From the NCBI GenBank assembly GCA_051362555.1, contig CM120640.1:53732788-53796787 (forward strand): DNA of 64,000 nucleotides. The letters run 5' to 3'. This document shows, piece after piece, positions 1 to 12,206 of the stretch; the first letter of the stretch is position 1, and each line of letters starts with the position of its first letter. The notes beneath the pieces were generated by a model. It was not told the DNA's origin and made no database searches. It worked only from the letters and a program-made list of their open reading frames with translations. This DNA comes from Lingula anatina. Taxonomy: Eukaryota; Animalia; Brachiopoda. A program made the position numbers and the translations under genes.

Positions 1-890
1 CAGTGAGATCTCCAATAGCATTTGAAAGGGATTTTCCCAAAACCAGTCGGGTTTGAATTGCTTGGACACATTAAGCTATGCATGGGTATGGCCGAATATC
101 CATATGTCTTCAGAATTCTATCTCGGGTTCTCTTTGCAGATCTTTGCAGATCATTTCTAAGCATTAGAGATGTGAATGCTTTTCCGCTTGACTTGGGTCC
201 CCAGCCGAATCTGCAGCCTATAGGGAACTTAACTCGTATCGGGGACTGCTGTCCTTCTGGATAGCGAATCGTTACATATTTCACTTCACTAAATGAAATT
301 TTCTGAGATACACCAATTGTTCCAGATATAACAAGCTTCACTGTTACCTCTGCATTTTGTGAATCACAATTGCCACTGCCTGCACGTAACCGTTTGATTG
401 GTTTTTGTTTACAAAATGTACATAGTGTGCCTTTGAGCGTAGAAGGAGGAAGAAAACCACATTTCTCAGCAAGTTGATAAAATACAGGTGGTATATGTCC
501 TTGTATATCTTTCAGGACAATCTGGAAAGATATTTGCATATTAGACGGACGAGAGGGTTAAGGTAACTTAATATGGCTAATAGGCCCTAAATGCTCATCT
601 ACTGTTGGCAGGAAATTTACTTTACACCTCTTTCTCAACCAAAGTTTTATATCATATCATCCGATTAATCAAATAACTAAGTGGGTTTAAATTTCAAACT
701 AAAAACGTTCTACCTCAACTCGGGTATTTTTCGTGAATACTCCAACGAGCGAAATATTTTCAAAGTCTCTGAAATAACCGCCATTTCCTTCCTTGACAGT
801 GTGTGGTTTGCAAGTAGCCGTATTTGAGCTGCTTATTGGACGGATGACAACGGAAAACAGCAACGTGAAGGTCAAAGGAAAACCCAACAT
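1..890 (-). CDS. Uncharacterised secreted Cys-containing protein, 5' part (exons 890-714 and 521-<1; runs off the window)
   Basis: ATG at 890 gives MLGFPLTFTLLFSVVIRPISSS (signal-peptide-like). Phase-0 donor GAG|gtagaa at 713 and acceptor tctttccag|ATT at 521. The frame stays open for all 521 nt to the window edge (IVLKDIQGHIPPVFYQLAEKCGFLPPSTLKGTLCTFCK...GCRFGWGPK...KCYWRSH). No family recognised. Confidence 0.65.
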
Positions 891-928
891 GTCCTTTTTT
901 TTCAATTTTGTGGATACAGCAGAATCTC

Positions 929-957
929 GTTGCCATGGGCACCAAGCCCTGACGTCA
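929..957. promoter_or_regulatory. RFX X-box-like motif (GTTGCCATGGGCAC, 929-942) plus perfect CRE (TGACGTCA, 950-957)
   Basis: Both motifs lie 40-70 bp upstream of the ATG at 890 in a CpG-rich stretch; function is inferred. Confidence 0.4.
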
Positions 958-2523
958 CTTTTGTAAACAGCGTTATTTACGTTATCATGGTGCTGCGTTG
1001 GACTCAAACATTACATCACAATTAGCATAGCGCGCGTGCGTGTAATACACTCTTTTATTTAGAATTCCGTCTGTGGATATCCGTAGACTAGATCTAAACT
1101 CGCCCTTCAACAAGAAATCGACACCTTCTAAAAATCAACGAAAGCCGAAAGTACGTGATTTTTTTTTCATTTTTCGCTATTTTCCCGCCATACTTTGCGT
1201 TGTCACGTAAGTTGTAGCGTCTGATACAAAGTATCAAACGCAACAATTGAACTTTTGTATACGACCGGGGATCGAGATGTTGTATAGAAGAAGTTAACTG
1301 AACAGAAATAATGTTTACTTACTTACTTTTCTGTACTTAATGTTCTTGTCGACGTCCTACCGTACTTGGCGCATACTTTCGATCGTATGGGTACCTCAAA
1401 TTTCATTTCTAATTATTGTCACCGGTGTTAAGTTGCAAGTTCAAATGAACCTAAAAATGTCAAATACATCTGCTTTTATGTTCTAAATCTTTAAAATTCC
1501 AACAGGTGCCGTGTCCTTTGCAAGAAGCTTTCCTGGCTGATTGATGTTTTTTTTCACATGCATATAATTCTCTACTCTGGATGTTTATCACCTGCGTAGC
1601 ATCGACGTAGTAGGGACCTATCCCTACAGGTACAATGCACATGGCTTTTGAACGAGTGGTTTCAAACTTAGTGATAATGACAAACTTTGAAAATAGCCAT
1701 ATTAAATGTCCCCGATGGCTTTCCTCTGATTTTCTCTACAATTCATCCCTCACCTGACTGAAAAGAAAGTCGTCCTTATCACTTGAAATTATGATTGTTT
1801 CTTTGTGTTGATTCAATAAAACTTGTGGCAACATACTGGTACTTGCACAGCAGTAGTAGTTTAGGGAGCTGACGCTAGAGACCGTTACAATAGTATTTTT
1901 ACAAGACAGGTTAGGTAACTGATTTTAGAGTTGAATTAGAAACATGCTTAAAATATCCAACTGAAGCAAAGGATGCGATTTTTTTAAATAAAAGCTCAAG
2001 TCACCTGTGTTAACATTTTTAAGCACTATTAATTAGATACTAAGTACTAGATCATATGAGAAGAACGATAATAATGGGTCGCTTGCCAGCTATCTTTGCT
2101 GTTGATATAATTCAATATAGGGACGTGGACTTATGGAGGACAAACGCAGGTTTGTTTTACACCTACAGATGCATTTTGAATCCGTGGTGCGAACAAAATC
2201 AGCGCTTAAAATGTATAAGTGATAAAAATAGTTAGGGCGTAATTACTTCTTCAAACTTGTAACCTTTTTGCATTTGTTGCCGGAGTCTGTTTCTCCCATT
2301 TTTAACAACAAGTAGTATAATACCATTACCCGGCACATTATGAAACATGTAGCACTGTTCTGTTCTCATCTTGCGTCTATAAGAGGCGTGCAAATCGATT
2401 AAGTTCCAATCGTAAGAGTTACAAGTACAGAAATATAATTACGGAGCCTTTCGATTACGAATAACCCTTGTCAAATGGTAGAATTACCGTCATGGTGCAT
2501 CATTACATGAAAAAGGATAAGTA

Positions 2524-2750
2524 TGGGAGACCGGGGCTAGTTGGACCCCGGGGTAAGTTGGCCCCCATCAAGTCTCTTTGATAAAGTTACTTTAAGATGC
2601 TAAATCATTTCATTTGGACTCACTTTCTTAGCACGGTCACTTTACAAAATGATGTGATCAATTCTTTTACCCCATAGTTACTTTGTCATAAATTGATGGG
2701 GGGCCAACTTAGGCCTACCCCGGGGTCCAACTAGCCCCGATGGTCTCCCC
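2524..2750. mobile_element. MITE with ~50-bp terminal inverted repeats, flanked by TA (Tc1/mariner/pogo-like, non-autonomous)
   Basis: Left arm gggagaccggggctagttggaccccggggtaagttggcccccatcaa matches the reverse complement of the right arm at 2693-2750; TA lies on both sides. Confidence 0.75.
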
Positions 2751-4202
2751 TATTTAAATTGATACATAACAAATATAGGCCTATTAATGAGTGTCTGCAC
2801 TTTTCATGAACTTATGAATTAATTTTAAGAAATAACTTAACATATTCTCGTTTTCGTTCGGAAGATAAAGTGAGTAGGCCTACGTTTATTGATTTACCGG
2901 CTCTATAATATTATTTTACACAAATGTAACTGCAGATGGGTAATATAGTGCTGAGCACTATAAAATTTCAACAAACACACACGTTCCTTGAGCAACATAT
3001 TGCAACATGAAGCGAAGCAGTAATTCTTTTTTGTATCTCTTCGTCCTTAGGCCTACAGTATGACATAAACATATCTGATGTGCTAAACAAAAGACGAAAT
3101 ATTCAGTTTCATGCAAAAAGACACAGCGTGTTTACAAACGAAGCCAAGAGTTTTGTTATGGCTAAGATGTACATGTAAGACTCACTCACAACAGATAAAT
3201 CTCCGAAATGTGTGTGGACATCAAAGATGATTTTATTGCACGCTTCGATTTATCCTGCGTATGCTGCAAGGCTCTAACCCAGGTACATATATATATATGT
3301 TTGAAGCATATGACTTTGTTTACACGACTGCAATCTTGATATACTATAGTATACATGAGCAAAGCAAGTTCAAACAAAATAGCGTTCCGCTGATCATAAT
3401 TATTATATTGAAAACGCTCTTGTACAGTTTGTCCTTCACAGAAACATTCCACTTTATCGCGGTCTTCCTGAACACTGTCACCACACAAAAGCGTGCATCA
3501 ACTTTACAATAAGTGTAAATTTACAGTTTATGATCGTTTCTTAAATGAATGAACCATTATATATGTATCCCTAGTTTTATAGGTATGTACATTTTTGTAA
3601 CTAACAATTTTTTACATGATTTTTACATAATCGAAGATAATTAATATTCTAACCGCCCCTCTGTAACTTCCAAGGGCTATATACACATGTATATGGAATA
3701 TAATTCTAATCCTCATCCAGTTATACCACATCAAGCAGCATCCTACGCATGCAGAGTTATGAGGACCGAAAATTAACAATACTAAACAACAAATATATAG
3801 CAGATTAACAAAAATTAAAAATAAATAAATAAACACAATCTATACAGCCTTTTTAATAGTCCATTCAAACTCTCGTCCATCGAAGCAAACCCTTGAATAT
3901 CGTTTTGTAAGTAAATTACAATACTTTGCGCGAATGTAAAATATCAAAATAATTTACGTATTCACATTTTATAATCAAATCATGAAGACCTCTGCCGCAA
4001 AAGTTTTTTAATTAACATGTTTGCTTGATGTTCATTTTTGTGGTCAGCTGTGAGAGTATTTAATACTGTGCGTGCGTTCGTGTGTCTGTATGTTTCTGTT
4101 TAAAAGTAATTAAGAGATAAAAACAAAGGGGTCGCTTGTACCAGGATATATATATATATATATTATGTTGCAGACGTTCGGCAGAACTTCTAAGCCATGA
4201 TA

Positions 4203-7200
4203 TTACATTAATCCAGTACGACGCAAGTTGATATCTACCAGAATCTGCAACACATTTTCAATGATTGTTTTCATCAAATCAACATTTATCGCACACGAAA
4301 CGTGCGTATAGAGGCTTTTTCCAGGTGGGGCACGTCTGTAAAATTCGTCCTTAATAAACCCCAGCGCGTCATCCGGCGTGTTGTGGCCTGCAATGATAGA
4401 ACCAAATGATTTCTACAAATGCCTTGTTTCCAGACTACAAAGATGAATTGAAGGTAAAAATAGATTACGTGCAATAGAAACAATCCGAGATAAGCTAAAA
4501 CGAGACTCAGCACTGCGTGAGAAGGCATACGAAAATAATGAATGCGCCAGAATCAGCATGAGGTGGGGTTAATATTGGAATTATAGAAAAAAATCACCCA
4601 GAAAATTATCCAACTTTTATTCGTTGCTTATTTCTGGCCCTATTCTCCTCAAAATCCCACGGACTCTCGCTTCTTCTTTTATCTCGGGTTATTCTTTTTA
4701 ATCGGATAATTCAATATCAAAATAGGAACCTAGACGAGCAGTGTTATGGCTGATGCGAGAATTCACATTGTTTTGTGCTTTCCAAGTGTCAGAAACATCA
4801 AATGAACTATGAATTTCTATTATTAGCTGTGTCTCATACCTCTGAACTCCGGAAATGTTTCTGCCAAACGAAATCTCTTCATTTTCTCCATGAACAAATC
4901 GTGCTTGTTGAGAAATAACATAACATCTGTTTTCGTCAAGTACTGATTGTGTGTCATTTCCTGAAACGTCTGCAAACTGTCTCGAAGATTGTTCTGAAAA
5001 AAAATGAATATTTTTTTCCGCAAAGAAGAAAAGAACTTAAATGCTAGTATTAAAATGGTGTAGATTCACTTTTTAAATGTTAAAATAAGGAAAAACTGTG
5101 ATGTATGTTTCAGGACAAACAAAAGGGAAGCATTTATTATGCCAACGTTTTTCTTAATTAAGCCTCCGTCACACTTATTCGGTATTTTAAAAGGATTCAA
5201 GCAATTATGCCTAAAATGTCACTTACATTAATAGAATAGTACAAAATACTTTTTAGAGCGGAGCACATGCATACACATTTAAAAAAACATTAGATACGAA
5301 GTTAACAAAGTTAATTATTTTTGTCAAAGTTATCGTGATGATACATAGACGTCAATGTTTAGTGCCTTTTTATCTGTTTAACTTCGGCTTGTTGCCTTGG
5401 TCGATGATTTTATGAAAAATAACGTTCTTTACACGGGCGTGAAAATAGACTGCGTGACGTGTATGTTAACGTGATACTAACGCGGCAAGACAATGTTGCC
5501 AGCGCTGTCGACAGTTGGTTAGATAAAATGAATGCCGCGATGTACTTTGTAACCAAACAAAATAATGATTAACACAGAGTAAACCAGAAATTGTTAGAAT
5601 AAACGCAATTCAAACTTTCGCACAGTCTCAACAACCACAATGTTTGCCAAACGAGATTACATTAAGGAAACCACATCATTAACTTTTCATATTCTGCCAT
5701 TAATTATCCTACCATAAAGTTACATGTATAAAACATTATTTATTTACCATAGTGCTGTCCTCTTCTAACATTTCATTGAAACCACTGAGCGACACGAAAA
5801 AGATGACAGCCGTGACGCCCTCGAAAAAATGGATCCATTTATTCCTTTGACTCTTCTGGCCAGCTACATCTATCACCCTGAAATGAGAGGCACAGATCAC
5901 AGAATCAAACAGCTTCCTGTAGGTCACAGGACAATTTCACAATTCTCAGCAATGTACCAACGTATAAGCAAAAACAAGTACCGATTTTTTATTTATCGTG
6001 AATAAATTTAAAACTCTCAGTTATGTTAATCATTTTCTGCAGGACCCATTGCTCTATTCCCAGATCTGTGTTCCTCATTTTTCTAAATTAAACACGAACC
6101 TTTTCCGAAGAAACGGTAATTAATAAGATGCCAAACGGTTTGAAGGTGTTGGAGGAGTTTTTATATATTTATTTATTATATTTTGTAGCAACGGCATAAG
6201 GAAACGAATTATTTATAATACTGATGGTTCAGTCTAATATTTAATGTCCATTGGAGTAGAAATCATATTTTGGGGTGATGAGTGATTAATCAATTGCAAT
6301 AATCAGAAAGGGTTAATGGCATGTGTGAGTGTCTCTGGTAAAACAACTATAGCCACTTAACATACGAAAATATCAAGGAAACCAGACAATACATCACAAC
6401 TTGGCTGTTGAAATTATCCTCAAGGAATCTCCACATATCACGTCTTAGTATAAATTTGATTACTGGCTACTGAGAAAGATATAGCTTTGCATTTCCTCTC
6501 CGAGTGAAAGTGTTTTGTTTTGATAGATAAAAAGCTGCGTGGTCTCTGGTGAACCAATACTCGGTGATTCTCCGTCACGGTTTGTCCGCACTGTGGGAAA
6601 ACTAGCAGTGATTAGGGCCGGTTGAAAAATCGATAATGTTTTCTCGTGTTTGGAGATTACGTTTCCCTGGTTTCCTGTTAAGCATCTTTGTTTTTATTTG
6701 TATGAAAAGGGTATAAGTGAGACACCCGTTGTTTATTCTAGATCGTATCTAGATCAGCTGTTTGTAGGCAGCAACAGCAATGAGACAAGAAACCGATACA
6801 TATTGAATACATAAGCTTGTTCATTATTAAAAAAAAAACATTTCCCATAAATACGATCGTTTGGTGATAACATTAGGAACGAATTAATAAACCACTTTCC
6901 AAAATATAAGAAGTGATAGAAGTTAGAACAGTTTCGTCCAAAAAGATTTCCAGTAGTCTCCGTTGAGTAAATCGACGTTATCTTTCTAAGACCCACCAAA
7001 CAAACTTGTTTATTGGTTCCTAGCTTAATTGCAGTGGTACAGTGTACAAAAATGCACCATGTTTTAATATCAGGCTTCATTTTCTGAACAGAATAGAAAG
7101 GTACAATGGCTTACTACACGAATTTTGCCTAGCCAAACGTAACACGATAAACCACATCCCCGCTGTTTAATTTTTTTTCTTTTCAACTGGTTTTAGATTA

Positions 7201-10200
7201 CTGGGGCTGCAATGCTTCATAGGGGATATAAAGGAAGGGAAAGTATTGATTAAGTACCCATCTTGACGTGGTGTACGAAGTTGGTGCAATTCCAAACGAA
7301 TTCCTACTGGGGACTAAAAAGACCTACCTGTAGTTAAGGCTGTTGATTGTCAAACACATCTCTTGCACGCCGACAGTTGGCTTCCTCAGGAACAGGATAT
7401 CTTTGATTGTAGGCAGGTATGAGGGCGCGCAGATACGCTCAAAGTCGTTAAGGAAACTGAAAGAACGCAAGATGAACTGGGTCAGATTAAAAACACATTG
7501 TTCACAAACAGGTGCTAATCTTAATTGGTCGTTGCTTTATTTGAATGATAGTTGGCAGCGTCTGAAATTCAGTTTTTAAATATTGAAAAATATATCCGAA
7601 ATATTTATACGTATTCACATTTTCATATTTGTCAAAACGAAAAAAGTATTCTGACTCCAAACCTAGAATAGATTTATTCAGTGAAGCTGCTAAGATCCTT
7701 TTGTAATGTTCCTGTTCACAAAGACACACGAACCAACGCATTTTAAATCCCTTTACTGACAACTTTTAGTATGTATTTTTTGGTAAGTATGATGTATAAA
7801 TCTGTTTTGTCTGCTATAGCTCCGCGAGACAGAAAAAAATCTGCACGATCTTAACTTTTGTCTGCGGCAATAACATTCAGGTTAACAACGTAAAATATTT
7901 CCCGGGTTTCTAAACTTGCATATCAAATTTAAACGCATCCCAGCATATTAAACATTAGTATATATTTACATTAATAATACCTGTGATAGCATTGTAAAAT
8001 ACAAACTTTGCAATTGTTTCTTTAAAATAAAATGGACGTGTAATGTAAACTAACGTCAGTTGTAAGTAATTGATTCTCATTCCAGTGGTTTTTAAGACTC
8101 AGTGACGCAAAGAAACCTTTAAAACTGCGGCCAGTACCACATTTAATTCATTGCTCCCTTGTAACACTTTAACTGGGAATGAGGGCGTTGATTTACCTAC
8201 AAGCAATTTGCAGAAATCATCTGACATATTGGGTTTTTATGTTAATCCCTTGGAAAAACAACCTGGTTTCAACAGAGAACTCTTTGCAAATTCCTTTAAA
8301 TGAGATCCAGGGTCTTCATTCTTTTTCTCCAAAAACAAAATTTTCTTGTCGTTGACATTCAGCGATAGCGAAGGTAATACTCTCCTATCTTTATATAAAG
8401 GTCTAAAGTTGAAGTAAACATGTAATATCTTATAAACAAGTACAGGTATACGTTTAACACGAATACCTAATTGTCTAAAGAGGAAGATTACTTACTACTC
8501 TTCTGCCTCTGACAGCCGCAGAGGGTATCTGTTCCTTGTAGCGTAGCTCGCTTTCACTCCAGGGTCTTTCTGTAGCTTAATTACCTCTGACGGAAGATCT
8601 AGTAACAACTGGTCTCTGTTCTTTTTTGGGCTGGCATGGATTCCGTTTTCAAGGGCTAGGAGACGCTGGTAGCACATCTTTGGATAGAGTCTATTTAGTT
8701 CCTGTGCACTCGCCTAAACACATATCGTAATAAATTATAAATCTCAAAACAATTTCAAAGCAATCAAACACTATCCAGGATGTTCATACCTGATTACTGA
8801 GGAGAGTCATATCTTGTTCGTTTCACATTTTAACTAATAGACAGCTTTTTTACTGCCGAGTGCAACGGCAATTTGTGTTCTAACCCCCAAAACAACAGCG
8901 AAAAGGCCTACGCCATGGGTATACCCTTACTTTGCCTTCGTCTGATTTGATTTCTTCGCCAAGAACTTCCATGTTACTAATTATTCTGTGGAAAGCATCG
9001 ACAACATTTTGGAATACATGAGGCCTCCATAGCCGCCTTTCTTCATCAGGAAATTTGTCTCCATAATGCAGCCGCAATTGCTTCATGAAAGTGGTCTTTC
9101 CAGAGCCACCGCCACCTAAAAAGAGAAGGGTATTGATATCTTAAAGATTTAAAACAAAGTACTCTAGTTTTCAGAAATATAGTACGAAAATATTTTGGTG
9201 CTTTTTGACCCACCAAAAATACCCATTCTTAAACTTGTTACTGTTATTGAAAGGTGTCTTAGCTAGTGGTTATTGAATAGGAAGGAATTTCTTAGTAAAA
9301 GGCAAACGTATCATCAACTAAATTAGCTTACTAAAATTGGCCTTAAGCTGAAAAATGTGACATTTGTTTGGACAAAAGATTCAACAGTCCAGAGGGAAGG
9401 TCATCATTCAAGTAACTGCACGAAGCACGGTATGGCCGCACTGCGTTTTTTAAATGTGAACTTTAGCATATTAAAGAGACATTACGGAAACTAAACTTTT
9501 CTGTGTGTCAAATGAAAAGACTATTACAAAAAGCAAAATTTGTGAAATATACTCTTAGTTATATCGAACTGAGATTTTTGTGTATTTGTTTCTTTGCTTT
9601 TATTATTTTAGATATAGTGTCGGTATACTTAACAGTCAGAGAAAATACCATGTAGCAGCATTTTGTTAAATTTTACAGAATCAAACGAATACATTTCTTT
9701 TTGAGAAATAGGCATCTGTATCTGTACATAACACGCCACAGGTCTGTGGGACATGCGGACAGGAACTATGGTGGAGAAATATGCTAGTGCCTTTCACTGG
9801 GTCCACATATATGTATCTCGAGCTCGTCATGCAACCGCGTTGCGTGTGACAGCAATTATCTAAAAAAACACGTGGTACCAACTAGATAAGCAGAACATTC
9901 TAGCAGAGCATGTGCAACACGGATTATATTGCTTGCAAATGGAGTTGACTCAATAAAGTCGCAACCCTGTATACTGGCTGTATAAATTAAGGACCACAGT
10001 ATTGCACCCGAGCGCCTAATCTGATGATTCAAAGGAAGGCACTAATTAACATGCAGGATTATGTTGCACAAGACATGGTTCAATGAAATAGAAATAGATA
10101 AATATGTTTGACGGGTGTAATCTCTGAACAACTCTTATTGCTATGACAATTACGCGGCTTAAGTGGTGGATTGTTATACAATATTGACATTTTTCATAGA

Positions 10201-11654
10201 AGCGAAAGTGAAAAACACACAAAGTGATCATAATTGCTTGCATCAAACCAGCATCATTATGTGCTAAATAGCAAAACAGAGGTTTTGGATTTTGATGGAC
10301 TTGTCGACGCTTTTCATTATATGCTGGATGTTAACTAGAGCTGCACAAGTGATTTTAATTCCGCGAATCCCCATTATCATCAATATATCCAAAGCAACCT
10401 CGTGTCACATTAAAACAATTGCTCAATATTTCCATTGTACCCCTCCACTTTCATTATCGATTGATTGCATCAACATTCAGACATTCCGAGACGAGTTCCA
10501 TTAATCCTCAAATAGCCAAAATTAGAGAATCGATACCCAGGCTCTTTGCGAACACATTAAACAGCACGGCATATCTTCAACCGTTGGGTGTCAAAATTTG
10601 TGATTTATTTCACTTTTTCGAAGCAAGTTATTCACACATTTGACGATAGCAAACACACCGGAGTTCAATAATACTCCCAGTATACTATGTCTCTTGGCAC
10701 TATTTTCATTTACTATTCTCCTCTTGTTTTCGCCTCACAGACATCAATAGCTCTGCATGCTTACTTACATTTGAAGTAAATATATCGTGTAACTGGCGGA
10801 TCAATTGATATATAGTAAAGAAAAGTGGACGTAAAAATGATACAAAGAGAAAAAAATGAAAGTGGCTGAACTTATCAGACCTGCACGCTTAAATAACCTC
10901 TTGAAAACACGCGCGCGCGAGCGCTCTTGTTAAGAATGATGGAATATTTCGGTTATTAGACATATATAATGATTATTTCAAAGTTCACAGTGATAATTGT
11001 CACAAAACTTTCGATAAAGCTGGCTGTAGCAATGACCTACAAACAATTTTCTAATTACGACAGTTGGAAAAAATATCATCGATCAATGACAAAAGTTGGC
11101 TAGAGTTTGGTACATTGTATATTGCAGAATGGCAGACCACGTGTACACTTACGACCCAATCACTGGTGGTCGCGGTTTGAGGCCAATTTTGTTCCACACA
11201 TTTGAAAAGAGCATTGCCTCGTCTTAAAACCGGAGGGAGAGCTTGGTTATTTTGTGGATGCAGTGTTCTGGGCACAAACAAAAAGACATTGCTGTTCGCA
11301 TTGGAATCAATCAAGGAATTGTTTGTAAGACCATCCACCTTGTATCGTACAAAGCAACAATAATGTCATATTAACATTATGAAATAAGCTAACGGTATGA
11401 AAATATTTCGGCTTGTGTATAATAATTTTCATTTATGAAAAATAGCAGGTTGTACATGTAGGGTAATGCCTGACCTGGTACTTTCGCTTACTTCATTTCC
11501 TGCAGGTGTAAAATCATTATAACATACTGTACAAACCTAATATGAGCAACTGGATTTCCTTCTCTCGCTTTTCTCTTTCTTCATTTAGCTGGTGGTCTAT
11601 ACTCCTGCTGCGCGCTATGGCGCCTTTTCGACTCATCTGAGTTACGTCGTCGCT
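4203..11654 (-). CDS. Divergent heterotrimeric G-protein alpha subunit; exons 11654-11537, 9115-8931, 8713-8496, 7456-7328, 5877-5748, 4993-4840, 4387-4203 (372 aa without the unresolved N-terminal exon(s))
   Basis: All introns are GT-AG and phase-compatible. Motifs: [20 protein letters not shown] (G1), [11 protein letters not shown] (switch I), [30 protein letters not shown] (G3/switch II), LFLNKHDLF (G4), HVSCAIN (G5), C-terminus [10 protein letters not shown]. Exon sizes 185/129/130/154 match conserved Galpha exon sizes. Confidence 0.95.
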
Positions 11655-12198
11655 CTGGAAGATATGAAAAGACCTTAGAAAATATCGCAGCCAAAAGTGC
11701 ATGAACCTACCAATCGATCAATGATACCCAAATGCTACCTTGCCAAAAAGATTGTCCACTATCATCACCCTCCGTTTCAAATTGTTGACGATGGCGAAAA
11801 TGAAGATGACGAAGATGAGAAGATGGGAGGCACCGTCAGTAGTATGACAGTCAGGATGATAAACACGAGTGTTGTATTTAAAAGTAGCCATTTTAGTGGA
11901 AAGCAGGAGAAATAGCAGTGAACAGGAATATCGCAGTTGTAACTGGCATCTAGTTTTAAACATTGCATCATTAGTCCTATTTGCCCTTCTACACCGCAAT
12001 GAAAATTACAATCTCAAGTTGTTTATGGGACTTAAAAGTAGATTGGGGTGAGGTGAATGTGACATCCTTAAGGATATTGTCACCCTTCGCCCAAATCTCC
12101 TTATTTAGTATCTTACATACATTCTTTTGTGTAATAAATAAATCTTCAGTGTTCAATGACTAAATTAATCAACATTTACACATATGTCATCTTACGGG

Positions 12199-12206
12199 TG
12201 ACGTCA
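12199..12206. promoter_or_regulatory. Perfect CRE palindrome TGACGTCA upstream of the Galpha core exon 1
   Basis: Exact 8-mer about 0.55 kb upstream of the exon starting at 11654. Confidence 0.3.

Noticed and set aside
4286-4528. 80-aa hydrophobic minus-strand ORF
   Set aside because: It overlaps the last Galpha exon in the wrong frame; the correct frame (4387-4203) encodes G5 and the C-terminus.
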